A stretch of DNA of 63,982 nt, counting the filler, from Ionaspis alba (taxonomy: Eukaryota): the NCBI GenBank assembly GCA_964255285.1. It is 6 parts of 6 records of this genome, joined end to end, with 100 filler letters (N's around TTAATTAATTAA, not from the genome) between each part and the next. Parts side by side here need not be neighbours in the genome. Positions count along the whole stretch, not along the records: positions 43,404 to 54,118 come from CAXUUL010000591.1; positions 54,219 to 63,982 come from CAXUUL010000645.1; 4 more parts are not named here. One strand, 5' to 3'. Positions 50,372-63,417 of this stretch are shown here, piece by piece. Position 1 is the first letter of the stretch; the number at the start of each line of letters is the position of its first letter. The notes under the pieces were generated by a model, which saw only the letters and a list, made by a program, of their open reading frames with translations, ran no database searches and was not told the DNA's origin. Position numbers and translations under genes: made by a program.

Positions 50372-53300
50372 GACGAATGCAGAGGAGGCGATGGTGCCTA
50401 GCTCTTGTTTTGTCTGCGAAATGTCCCTCAGCTATTGTCGAGTTGTTGTGTCGCTCTCGGTAGTGATTTTGTACAACAACAATTCCCAGGCACAACTGTG
50501 GTCCGCTTGATCGAAGACAATTCTAGAAAAACCACCGAGGTTTCCGAAACATGCAGGTAGGTATGTATCGGAACAATTCGGGGAAGGGAGACCGGGTCAA
50601 TTGAGAGTGAATTGGTTTGTCTTGGAAACGGGTGGAAGGAGATTAATGTAAAGCACAGGCTGTGGAGTATGTAGCTGTTGAAGAGGACGGAACATCAGCC
50701 TTTTGCGCAAGTATAGAAGGCACCTCCCAAGCTGTCGAGTCTGATGTCGCTACTTACCAAGCAACGCGCAGGTTGCCAGTCGCACCTGTGTTCACCCGCG
50801 CAACTGCAAGCAACCGACCAGAACTTCCAAACCGGATAGCAAGTGGTAAAGTCCAATTGAATGGAGACCACCAAAGCAATGGTAACGGAAACCAGCAACA
50901 AGGCTGAAAAATGCTCCTAGTCGCCAAAGTTCACTTTGCGGGAAGCCGACACAAAACAGTGAAGGCTTTCACGCTTTGGTGTAATAGAGCTCTGCAGAAA
51001 TGTCTCCAATGGTCGCCCGTAATGTAGAATATATGAGGTCGAAGCAGATGTAAATTCAGTGATTGGAAGACTCGAGTTTTTCCTGAGATCGCAGTACAAA
51101 ATCCGAGACCTTCAGGAAGGCGTTGGGGTCGTCAGAAGGCTATAGGGACAATTGCCGCTCTATCCACCTAGGACGGAAACAACAACAGGAAAAGAACGAA
51201 CAGCGTTGTGTAGAAGACTGAGGCTCGAGTAAGGAAATGAGTATAATCTGATATGTACAGTTGGGTATATCTTCTCGAGATCACAGGTTGGATGTTCAAA
51301 CTGCCATTGAGCTTTCCGTGGCGACGTCACAGAGGATGCGCAGCCTGATGGTTGGCCGCTGCCGTTCCCAAGGAACGAATTGACGAGGAAAGCGCAAGAT
51401 CGGCCAGCCGAGGACAAGTCAGGTGCCTCGACTCGGATTTGGTGGCTTGGGGATTAGCTCGGCAAGAAAGGTATGTGAGTGTATGTGTGTGGGAGGGTGT
51501 GTGTCAGTGGGGAGGGATATGTGTGGATGAGGGAGTATGCTCCAGCGCGCAACGACGAGGGCGATTGGTTCGAGGAAGAACTATCTCTACTTCAGCACTA
51601 CTGCTCTTCCTTCTCTAGGACTACTCTGCTTGTGTGTGTTTCGAGGGCTGTACCTAGCAGGTCCAAGCAGACCACGGCTGGTGCATAGAGACTTTCTGCT
51701 GTGGTCGTCCGCCGCTACGAGGACGATCCAGCCTGCCGTTTTGTTGTTGAAGTGGGCTTGAATGGTAGGGGGACAAGGGACAAAGGATTAGAGTCCATGA
51801 CTGAGGTCTGCTCTTGGGTGCAGACTGCAGGCTAGGATATCAGTGCACGCATGGATCATCCCGAGAACCCTGAAGCAACAGAGACGGCAGCAATCAACAC
51901 CATGCATAGCTCCATGGGACAATGTTAGCAAGAAGAGGCGGCGGGAGCATGGTTTCTAAAGCGGCATTGAATATCGCGATGGCTCGACTTGGCTTTCGTT
52001 GCCCGTTACTTACAGCATTGTCGGATCTTTGCCTTCTGGATAATGAAAATTGTACCTTGATCCACCGGAGACCCACCAGAAATGGAGAATGTTCATGCAG
52101 GACCCAGGAACTGTTGGCAGTTCCCAGGCTTCCAAAGTAACCATTTCCATCAGGTGGCGAGATGAGATAGGGTTAAATGTCCAAAGCCGGCTACTGACGG
52201 ATATGGCGGATTAGCACTCAGGTTTTCTCTCCTGAATCATGACCAGGCTGGGCAACATAATTCTCAGCAGCGGAAGGTTTTCCCACACAGATGAATGTAT
52301 CAAGCATTCGAGAGGCAACAATTCCGCTTCCTTTGGACCTCGTAAATTATGTTCGCATTCAATCAAGCGCGTGGGTGCCATGTGTGTCTCAGCCAACCGT
52401 TACCACGAATTTTGTGGAGATGACTTGACCCTTAGATTACCCCAGATTGACCTATTGACAGGAGAAGTTCCCCGGATTCAACAGCCGTAGCACAGGAGTG
52501 CTTTAGCCATCTGTCCATCATCAGATTCGGAAGTATTCAGCATTGCGCAGATTTGAACTTATCTAACTCGAAATTGAAGGACAGCCATTCGACCCGTGGT
52601 AACTTGATCCAGCGATGGGTCGGTCATCGCCGCTTTGATCACCCCGGATTTCCGGCAGGAAGAGGATTAGAGGCAAGAGACCTGAAAATGGCATGCAGCC
52701 GCTCCAGACTAGATTCAGAGTCGCTAGGAGACGAGTAGTCCTTTGGCCCAGCAGAATTCCACCATTCATAGCCCCTGACCGACCAACCGCTGGCAAGCAT
52801 TTCAACCACCCTTAGTCACCATCCACGTTCTTGCGCTCAATTTCTAGGATTGCGGTACCAACCACAGCCACCAATTCGTGCAAGCTTTCAAGCCCTCCAA
52901 CGTGTGGACGGGCCTCTTTCTGATCTGCTCTCTTTGTCATGCACGAAATTGTGGATCCCAGAGCGCTTGAATAAGAAACTGTACTCGAGAAAGAATAACG
53001 GTGGGAAATCGCCGATGGAAGCTCGACTAGATAACGAAAAGCTCTGACAATCTCGCTGTCCCAGACGCCTCAACTCATGGATCTGTTCAATAACACGGAA
53101 GATCCGAGAACACATTTGTGTCGTAAGCACGAGGCTCCACTCCGGCTCTCAGATACCACTCTCCAGGGAACACGAGTACGAATGGAAGTAGGTATAACAC
53201 TACGACGAGCTAAACCAAGACACCCTCACGGACACGCATGACCTGGACCCACGAGAAATCTCCTAGTCTACCACAAAGCGATACCCCAGCAGAAGCACCA

Positions 53301-54118
53301 GAGCACCAGTGGCATCCTAGACCTTTTTTCGCTGCGGCTCCTAGCAACCAAGGACCCAGTCGTGCCAGTTCCTGCGAGGCTTGTGGCTCCCAAACCATTC
53401 CGCTCGCGGCAAAACCACTTGACCATTAGCCCAAGGGCGAGCCATCCTTTCACACAGTTGGTCAGGACAGTTTTCCGGCCCGCGAGAGAAAAACGCAAAC
53501 TTTATCTACTATCGATTGCTTAGGGTCGAGCGATGCGATCAGCAAAGCGGCTGTTGTGAATGGCCGTTGTGGTAGCCACCACCATTACGGAGCACTTACC
53601 AAGGAGATCATAGGTCGATCTTGAGAATTCGATCTCTCGATACTTTGCATCAAGCAGATTTACTGTACCTCCAGTAGAGTACATAATGTATTATGCCTCT
53701 TTGTTTCCGCTTAGAGCACCGAGGAAGGCGAACCGATGGCTGGCTCGATAGCTGCAATACACCCGCTGCACTTCACACAAAGACGTCCTGCCCTTAGAAG
53801 CGCACCAAAAAGGTGTCTTCCCGCCGTCCAAGTCACGTTGGCAGATAGATGACGGGTGATGCATGGACGATGATGCGAGGGTTTCAAAGGCTGGTCGCTC
53901 GCAGGTGACAGTAGGAGGCGCCCGTAGCTTTTCTACCAATCAACCGCCGATGGCATCATCAGGCCTCGTCGTCAGCTTGCGGAATAAGAATGCTCCCTGA
54001 TGCTGGTGACGGAGTACATAGTACATAGTACACCCGAGCTGACGGAGTGGCAATTGTCAGGTGAGTCTGCTCTTTCAAGCCATGTGCAGTAATCGAGGTA
54101 AATCGTCCGTCTTACCTC

Positions 54119-54218
54119 NNNNNNNNNNNNNNNNNNNNNNNNNNNNNNNNNNNNNNNNNNNNTTAATTAATTAANNNNNNNNNNNNNNNNNNNNNNNNNN
54201 NNNNNNNNNNNNNNNNNN
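54119..54218. other. Artificial scaffold linker
   Basis: N44-TTAATTAATTAA-N44. Confidence 0.97.
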
Positions 54219-56861
54219 CGCAACAAACCCCAACGAGCTCTTCCCAATCGACCCCGTACTAACCCTCTTCTGCTCATTCGACGACCTAGGCGGCAAATCC
54301 AAAAGCTTCGCACTGCCCGCACTAATATGCCTCGCATGGCCCATCGAAGCCAAATCAACACTAGTCGCATGCCTCAACTCCGCACTATCAGCCGTATCCT
54401 TGCGAAACCTGGACGTCGACCCAACAGCAACAGGGGAATCATCCGCAGGGGACTCCGTCTGGGATTCCTCAGCCGCCAGGAAATCATCCAGCAAACCCTC
54501 TTTGGACTTCGCCGCCCGCTGGCTGCGCTGCACGATCGTCGGATGCCGGCCCACGACCCGGTTAAAAGTGACAGCTTCCTCTTCGGGCGAAGTCTCTTCT
54601 TCAGGGACCGGATGCGGGGATTCGTTGTCATCGCTATCTTCGACGAAGGTGCTTTGTTGGGGGTGCAGTTGCGTCGTCAAACCCCCGACCATGCGCGCCT
54701 TGCCAGGACTAGGGGTCCGACGTGCGAAATACGCGCCGTCCGATGGGCGCTGCTTGTCTTCCGGACTGGGGAGCTCATGTATTTGCTGGGATAGCGATCC
54801 GGCGCTTCCGCGCACCGGATTTGTGGTGTGTGAGGAGCGCTTGGCGGGGCGGCCTGATAACCAGGAGCCTTCTGAGTCGACGGAGGCGAGGGATTGGGAG
54901 AGCACGGCTGTGGAGGGAGGTTCGGGAGTGGGTGCTTGTTGAGGGGATTGAGCTCGGCTGAGAGCGAATTCGTCGCGGTAGGCGGGGTGGACGTCGGTGA
55001 GGGGAGCGTCGGCTGCTGCGCTTCCGGAGGCCATGGTTTCTATCTTTGAGGCGCGGTCGATGAAGGGGGAGACGGCTCTTGCTTCGGGAGATTGGACTCG
55101 AGTTGCTGGAGGCGAGATGGGGAGCTCGGGTAGATCTTCTCTGAATTTGGACTGAGTACGAGCGGGAGTGCCAGATCTGCGAGCGTTCCTCACGAACGCT
55201 GGTGGAGGTGTTTGGCGAGCGAAAGATTCTCTTGAAGTGTTGGAGAACTCAGAGGGAGTGACGCGTCCTATATCTCCAGAATCTCGCTTAGCTTTGGTAC
55301 CACTTCGTCTGAAGATGGACGTCCAGCTCCCTGCAGCGCGGGTACTAGGATCGGAATCCCTTCGTGTGTCCGGCTGGGGTGGTTCCTGCTTTTCCGGAGT
55401 ACTTCGGGAAGGCATGTCACTGAGTGTAGATAAGTGCGAGGGGCCTCGCGCATGTTTTTGGAATATGGGCGACGTGGGTGGAGACATGCTTGCTGTTGAT
55501 AATCTGACAGCCTTGGCGGTCTCGATTATAGGCTCATCTTTCTCTTCTGGTGTTGGTTCTTCAAGGTGGGATTCTGAAAGAGGATCTACAAAAGGATCCG
55601 ATATAGGAAGATGCTCTTTTGAAGGATCCTCAAGCCATGATTCGGGTGATCTTGCGTCTTCGCGATTGATTTCCTCCGCAGGGCTGCCGGCCTGCACGGC
55701 AGAGGGTGCATTTTGAGTGACGAGCCCTAGTCCAGTTCTTCCCCTTTCTTCACCATCTCCTCGAGCCGGTCGACCCGCCTGAGCTTCACGTTCTTGCTTC
55801 TCAGCTTTGCGCTTCAACTTGCGCTCCAGTTTGACTGCATCTGCTTCTTGTTTCTTCTCCTTCCGTCTTTGGTCTCTAGCCAAGAGCTCTCGTAGAGCTT
55901 GAGCGTCTAAGTCATCGGCCAAATCATTGATTCGTTCTCGTGAGTTGAAATTCTCCTCTGGAATAGATTGACCCTTGTCTTTTCTTGTCGATGTTCTTGA
56001 AGGACCAAGGCTACTTCCACGCACGGAGCCTCGTAGATTTCCGGAGTACTTGATCGTGGGTCGTGGTGAAAGTGCATCAAAAGCACTGATCTTGAAACTG
56101 TGCATCTCTGATGTACCCGATCTCGAAGAATGTATCGATTCGGGCAGAGGAAGGGAGATCTCTGACGTCGGTCGTTCGAACTTGCGATTCAATCCTCCAG
56201 GTATCTTCTTGCTCTCACGTGCAAGAAGTCCACTGGTGTGAGATTGTGGGCGTTTGGGTATGGGTATAGGAGAGCTCATAGCTCGGATCTCCCTTTCTCT
56301 TGCCAGCTCTTCCGCCTTTCTCTTGTTTGACTTATCTCGTGAAAGCTTGCTGTCGTTCACGCTGCGCTTGGATTTTAGAGTCGGAATGTTCGATGCAATG
56401 CTGAACTTTTCGGGCTGGATGCTCGACTGCGACATAGGGCTTTGGAAGTAGTATGAGGGGATATCATCACGGTTCGCGGGCAATTCGCTGAGTGGCTGCC
56501 TCGACGGACCTGGATATGAGGTGTATGGAAATTTCTCATTGAATTGTGTAGGACTGCCTGTCCTAGATTTCGGTAGTGGTGGAACAGGAGGAAGGGGCTC
56601 TGCATATTCGATGTCTTTGAGGGTAGCAGTCTTCGCTTTGGAGGAAACACCAGAGGAGGTGCGCCTTCTGTTTGGGTTGTCCTTGCTCTTCGGCTTGTGG
56701 AGCGTAGCTGAGGCGGCATTATTGGATTTGGTATCAGGCGCAATCTGACTGGAATCTTTTTTTGTCACATCCTGATCCTTGCCTTTGGAATTGTTGGCCA
56801 TGGATTTCTCGTTCAGCTTGTCGGTCTTCCTTTTCTTGCGGCCAAACGGCCACAGTGCCAT
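54219..56861 (-). CDS. Large disordered hypothetical protein with a central coiled coil, 3' truncated
   Basis: ~880 open codons from MALWPFGRKK running into the linker. Confidence 0.8.
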
Positions 56862-58716
56862 GTCGTCAGACCCGTTCCTGCGTCGCAAGATTTCTTCTTC
56901 TCCTCCGCTTTCCCTTCCCCGCCCACGATTCCAGCATGAGAAAGCCGTGCTGTGCGACGACGGCGCATGAATTTATGGAAGGCGTGATTAGAGTTGTGTC
57001 ACCAGGATAGTTTCGTAGAGTTCAAGCGGATTGCAAGGGACTTCCTTCATGCGCGTAGATTAACGGGGGGGGGCGATCTCAAGCGAAATTGCCTGGCTTT
57101 GCGACCGATGGTTTGTCGACGAAGGGCTCCGCTGCGGCTCTAAGTAGTGCGCGTGGAAAGCATCGAGTGGTACAAAACAAGATGCACCGAATCGAGAAGA
57201 TGAGGGCTTGAAGGATGTATGTATATGACTGCGGGACGATGATAGAGTCGGATGACCTGAAGTGACCGCTTTAGAGGGGAAAGGTTATGTTGTGCTACTA
57301 CTCCATTTTAGGGTCGAGGAAGAGGTGGGAGTTCGAGCTGAAAGAATGGAAGAGAGGGCTGGGGAGCGAATAGTGACGATGATTGAATGGACGATCGACA
57401 AGCCTGCCGTCATATGGCGGGCACCACTACCAGACTGCTACTCTCTATTCTCACTCTATCTTCCCTGCAGACAATTCTCCCTCGAGAGGGCCTGACCCGT
57501 CCAGCCAAGCAGCATCGAGTCTCAGTCATAACCCGGAGAGGCCTCCCTCGATCCAGTCACTCATGTCCACTACCCTGCCAGAAGGCTTTCTGCTAAGAAG
57601 AAAAGGAGAATGCCACGGGCTACGATGTCTGATAGGCTTCGGATCGCAGGCCGCTATCAAATCCATCATCTTTCCCCTTTTTACAATTGGTTCCTGCGTG
57701 TGTGGCAGGTTCGCCTACTCCTGTTTCGGCCACACCCTTCAAGATCCTGATCTGATAATGATAATCACTTGTGATGGGAAGAATTGTCGTGGTTACAGTA
57801 AATATTTCTCCATGTCTTGTGCATATTTGCCTTTCTAGTCTATTGAAGCGGTCCCATCGGAATGGTTACATCTTCGTATCAGCGGGACGAGCCTCGAGAT
57901 CCGCTGCTCATCTCATGTACACTTTCGGCACTCAAAGAGCCTATTCAATCTATAGAATGCACGTCAAGCCCGCATTTCTGCAACGCCCTGTGGTACCATG
58001 TTGCCCAAGAATAGTTCGACCAACCATAACCGGTTAATTACATGACAGATAACCGCTGGTCTCCTAAGGTGTTGAACGCTCTAATTAGTCTGCAAATTAG
58101 AGACCGATTCTAACCTTGATATTGGCTGGCAGTCAATTTCTGTAGGATTTAAGAAATTGGTGCCTACGGTCAATGGGGAGCAATTAGCTGAGCAGCCGAT
58201 TGATTAGCTGAACAGCTGGCCCGAACTCTCGGATTAGGGAGCCTGAGGCTTTGTTCGGCAAGGCTCCGGGGGACCGTAAAAGTCGAGAGTCAGCTATTTC
58301 CGCCCCTAAACATAGCGGAGATGAGTTCTCAGCAGCTAATCGCGAACGAAATCAATGTCAAGCTGCAGCCTCACCAATCAGAGCTCACAGCCTTCTTTCT
58401 GAGACTGGCGCACGATGATCTATCCTCTGGAGTGATGTCATGGCCTCACTTGAAGGCCAACAAAGAGTGGATGTGGCTGGAGACTATTGGCCTTGGCAAT
58501 CACGATGCCTCGGATCCAGCCATCGGTGGCGGAGGTCCAATGTTGCGAAAGCCACTAGTATCATATGATACTAGTGTCGGCTCATCAGATTATCCTACCC
58601 CGTTTGTTTACTTTGATCCACAATCTGATAGAGGTGTCGCATTATAGTACATCTCGCACCAACACCACCATAGTGCTTCATTTGTCCAAAGAACTTTCGA
58701 ACCTTCTAGTTTCAAC

Positions 58717-60404
58717 ATGGACTACAATGGGCGTGCGTCACAACAATTTCGCTCACAGAGTCAAACAGGTAGAGGTACAGGTCAAGGACAAAACCGTCCC
58801 AAACAAGACGACAGTGATGCTTTCATGCGTTTGGTACTCAGTTATCTTTTCTGCTCCTTTTTTCCATGCTGAGAATTTCACAGTCTGATCGCGAAATTGC
58901 CGGTTGCATCAGCGACATTGGTGTGCCGTTCTCACCAGAAGACTTGCTCAAACCTCAACCACAACAAATACAAAAGGTCTTCGAATGGTTCGCAGAGCTG
59001 CTCATGAACACGACACGAGAGACGGTGGAGCCAGCGATGCGTGCTGCAGCCGAGGATGTGTGTACACCGCAGTATATGGATATCATACCTAGCGATGCGA
59101 GGAACTTGATGGGTTTTTATTCGTCACTACGGAAGCTACTAGTAGAGGTGAGTTACACCGTCATTCGCGCTCAAAGCGCCGAAAAATTCCAAGACTGACA
59201 AGATGCTGCTATACAGTGTGGCATTAATGACTTCTCCTTCTCCGACCTCCTCAAACCTACACACGACCGCCTCGTCAAAATTTTCTCCTACATCATCAAC
59301 TTCGTCCGCTTCCGCGAATCTCAGACCGCAACAATCGACGAACACTTCAACAAGATCGAGAGTACCAAAGGTCGTATCGACAACCTCTACGTCGAGAACC
59401 AAGACCTCGAAGCCCGCCTCGCGGAAATGCGACGCGAGCGCAAATCCATGGAAGGCCAAGTGAAAGAAAAAACCAAGCGCAACGAAGAGCGCAAAGCCCG
59501 ACTCCTCGAGCTGAAAAAAGGCCAAGAAAAAGTCGCAGAGCGCTTAGCCAAAGTCAAAAGCGACAAAGAACGATTGACTTCGGCCTTGGAAGAGAGAACG
59601 GAGCGCTGCATAGTGCTGAAGCAAGAATCCGAGAAACTCCGACCCTACGCCCAGCAATCATCCTCAGCTCTCCAAACCCAACTGGCCGAACTCTCCGAAA
59701 ACCTCGTGCGCGACAAATCTCAAATCGACACCCTCGAAAAGCGCACCCGCGCTCTGCAGACCAGCGCTGACACCTTCGGCGTCGTCGCCAACGACGTCTC
59801 GTCCTGCATCAAAGTCCTCGAAGAAGTCTCGAACGAGCTGGCCAAAGAAGACGAAGAGAAACTCGATACCGCCAAGCGCCAGGACGCCTTAGCCGAGCGG
59901 ACCAACAACGTGCGTGAGGTGGTGAGGACCGAGGCGCTACTGCAGAGGCAGTTGAGTAGGTGGGTGGAGAGGACGGAGACGCTGCGGAAGGGCAGTGCGG
60001 AGAAGGCGGAGGCGGCGAAGAAGAGGATGGAGGAGTTGAGGGGGGTGCATCGGAGGTTGACGGAGGAGAGTGGGGAGAAGAGGAGGGAGATGGAGAGGAG
60101 GAAGGTGGGAATTGAGCAGATGGAGAAGAAGGTTAGTGGCTTTGTGTTTTTTCTTGGCTACGGGGTTGGTTTTGGAGTGGATGTTATGGGGAGCCATGTC
60201 ATGGCTTCTTGCTTGATTCTGATCTACCACACCTTTGATCGAAAGGTATTGAGAATCGGTTCTTGGTGTGAGCTGACTTTTTGGCTACAGATGACTGATT
60301 TGAAGGACAATATTGAAAACGAAATCCAATCCGCACATACGGAGTTCCTCAAGATGGACTCGCATATCAAGCTCTACATCACGGAGATGGAACAGGCCAT
60401 CTAG
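58717..60404 (+). CDS. NUF2: Kinetochore Ndc80-complex subunit Nuf2 (introns ~58834-58883, 59148-59216, 60132-60290)
   Basis: [15 protein letters not shown]...[37 protein letters not shown], then a long coiled coil ending [13 protein letters not shown]. Confidence 0.95.
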
Positions 60405-60936
60405 GATCCTTGATTCTTTGTCTTTGGTCATTTTGGATGAGCGTGCTATTCCGGATATGACGATCAGGTGTGGGTTTTGTTTACACAGGTGTGGTTGCCA
60501 CGGCTTTTGCGGACGATACCATTGGATAGTCGAAGTCTTTGTCTTTGATAACTTGATCATTGACAACAGTTTTGAAGGTCTTCGATTTCGATGATTCAAT
60601 GTTTCCCATATCCAGACAATGCATTGTTCAAAGTCCACTTTTGTTCTCAGACATGCATAATGCCACCCTTGTTGCAAGATCCTCAGTACTTACACAATGT
60701 CTTTGTCTATACAGTCTTGTTGTTCCTCAGCCGTCGCAGTTCAACTGATGATAACGGTCCTTGGATTCTGTACGCAGGGTGTATTGTTCAAATCCCGCCT
60801 TAATTAGCCTCCTCTCGAGTCCCCTTCCTCCATCACTCCCATCATCCCATCGACTATCTCCACAAAAACCAGACATACCAATTCCACCTCAGCAACTCGA
60901 ACCAACCACAAGACTTATTCCCCGCAAAGTCTCACC

Positions 60937-61667
60937 ATGTGCAACTCCACAATGATCGTTTCCGCAGATTGTGGACACACAGTCGTAGAGCATAGGGACA
61001 AATGCAAACGCTATCCCAAATGCGAGCACGTCACGACCAACGAGACCTTCGTCCCGCAAAAGTGTTCTGACTGCCGCGCACCAGGCGACATGCACAGGAA
61101 AGTGCCAGTTCCCGAGGACCGCTCGAGCCGCTACGGAAAGGGCTTGCCTCTACGAGGTCAGCACTTCGCTTACGACAAGGCCCAGGCCTACCAGGAGAGC
61201 CTGGATAGAGAGCGCGAGAAGGAGGAAAGGGAATTGCATCGATACGCGGCAGAGCAGGAGCGGCAAAGGGAGGAGAGAGAGCGGCGCCGGAGAAGGGAGG
61301 AGATGGAGAGGGCAATCTCTAGAGAGCGGCATCAGAGAAACGAGGAGGAGGAGGCGGCACATATTCTCCTCTCTTTGGGCCGCGAACGCGAGGAGATTCG
61401 TCACCGAGCAAGCTCGCCCTGCCGCCATGAGAGAGAGCCAGAGAACTATCCCTGGCTNNNNNNNNNNNNNNNNNNNNNNNNNNNNNNNNNNNNNNNNNNN
61501 NNNNNNNNNNNNNNNNNNNNNNNNNNNNNNNNNNNNNNNNNNNNNNNNNNNNNNNNNACCGAGCAAGCTCGCCCTGCCGCCATGAGAGAGAGCCAGAGAA
61601 CTATCCCTGGCTGCGTCGTCCCGAGTCGAAGGACAAGGGAGGCAGCAGCCGCCGGAGTCGCAGATAG
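60937..61667 (+). CDS. Hypothetical protein: N-terminal MC..CGH..C..C..CxxC domain plus E/R-rich helix
   Basis: ATG at 60937. After removing the 55-nt gap duplication the frame ends ...YPWLRRPESKDKGGSSRRSRR* at 61667. Confidence 0.65.
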
Positions 61668-62664
61668 GAGCGGTAGCGACGAGGACAGAGAGACGGTAGG
61701 ACTGGTAAGGGGACGGTAGATTGATACTGGGATGCCTTTCTGGAAGTTGGATGTAGACGCGTTTCGGGATATAGCGTTTTACGCTGTTCTTGGAATATAA
61801 CATACCTCGGTATATGGCGTCTGGCGTCTGGAGTTTCTGATTAGAATTCACTAATACACTCTTTCTGGGAAACCCATCTGTGCTTTGTAAAATGGACTTG
61901 TGAAATGCGGAGCATGTGACTCGTAGCAATAGGGACATCCGAGTACAGGCTTGCAATACGCTCATGCACTGAATATAGCGTAGACGGAAGAAAACTGGAA
62001 ATGCTGTCGCTCTCGAGGCGTTTTGTGACTGTTCCTACTCTTCGATCCAGGGGAAGTCATGCGAAAACCCTTGGTGGGACGGATCACGATCATCGCAAAG
62101 GGACGAAAGCAGCGGTCAACGTGGACCACATGAATTGTAAGCCATCGAAGGGATTAATAAGAATGAACAGTCACTCGCAACCAGACATGTGTGGCAGTGG
62201 ATGCTTGTAATAGGGAAAGAGATGGGAGCGTCTGAGGCTCTGAGGCATTATTGGAATGACTCATTGTCAGCTAAAACCCGCATTTCCGATCCACTCATAT
62301 TTGATATCACGTATGCACTAAATTCCTTGGAATACATTTCCTACAATCATCATTACCTGATGGAGAGATCCCTTTGACTTCCGTTTCTTTTCGTAGGGTT
62401 TATGGAAAGGGGCAGTTGCCTGTAGAGCAATCAGGGAATTCCATGTTGAGACGAGTTACGTTTTTTCTTATGAGACATCAAAAGCTTGATATGCTAAGTT
62501 GACAATGCCAATGTCTTTGTGAAGTCTCTCACTGATAGCAGTACTCATCGTGCTTGTAGTGGTAGTTGGATACACCTCTCAACTATGCTTCTAGCTATCA
62601 CCGACTGGTGCCGTGTCAAGCAGTTCTTGCCTCCCACAGCCTCTGACGCAAATCCCGCCCATTC

Positions 62665-63417
62665 CTACAATGGTTGAGCATTCTGTAGCTTCTCCATGAG
62701 CGGTGTAAAAGAACCATCGGGGTTCATCAGTTGAGCCGCCGGACTAACAAAGTCATCCGCCAGTTTCCTCATGCAGCCAAAGAAACCGTACTCGAAGATC
62801 CAGTCCGCGTGGTCCATGTAATTCGCAAGCTGAGCAGTGAATCCGAATACATCGTTCTTGTTCCTGCTGATAGAGGCGATTTCGGACACAATGATCTTCT
62901 GATGTGGAAACTTCTGGTGCATCGACTCCAAGAAGTGAATAGCCGCATTGCCGTCGGTGCTGTAGTAATGCAGACCCAGGAAGTCAGGTGGGTCTTTGGA
63001 GACAAGGCGCATGAATGCCTCGATCCATCCTTGACCCTTCTCGTCGTTCGAGCACGAAGGGCTGACAAGCTTCTTCCCTTTGTTTTTGCGCAAGGGAATC
63101 ATTTGCTTGTGCCAAATGTCTGCAGCATGTTCGGGCGAGATGCCTTGGCGTTCGGGTTCGTTGAAGAAGTGAATGATCGGCTGGTTCGAGTTCTGGATGT
63201 TGTCCCACTCCCCACCGGAGAGCTTGGCCTCGTCGTGAACCATAGGGCGGAAAGGAGCGCGACCTTTCAGTTCCGGAGGTGTCCATGTATTCCAGTTACT
63301 GACGGAAGAAACGTAACCGTGGAAGTTGATCTCGTCCATCGCCCAGGGTACTCCTTGGTGACCTGGACCATCGGTATTGGTCCAGTCCCAGAGAAGACAG
63401 CGTTTTTTGATGGCCAT
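62665..63417 (-). CDS. Glycoside hydrolase family 128 (Glyco_hydro_cc, beta-1,3-glucanase-like), no signal peptide
   Basis: KKRCLLW, SNWNTW, FFNEPE, LVSPS, LGLHYY, IVSEIA, FEYGFFG. Confidence 0.85.
   Translation of the reverse strand: MAIKKRCLLWDWTNTDGPGHQGVPWAMDEINFHGYVSSVSNWNTWTPPELKGRAPFRPMVHDEAKLSGGEWDNIQNSNQPIIHFFNEPERQGISPEHAADIWHKQMIPLRKNKGKKLVSPSCSNDEKGQGWIEAFMRLVSKDPPDFLGLHYYSTDGNAAIHFLESMHQKFPHQKIIVSEIASISRNKNDVFGFTAQLANYMDHADWIFEYGFFGCMRKLADDFVSPAAQLMNPDGSFTPLMEKLQNAQPL

Noticed and set aside
10812..54174. TTAATTAATTAA recurring every ~10.8 kb as a biological periodic element
   Set aside because: Always centred in an identical N run; it is an assembly linker.
57000..58700. 100-150 aa ORFs upstream of NUF2
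   Set aside because: No recognisable domains or coding-like composition.
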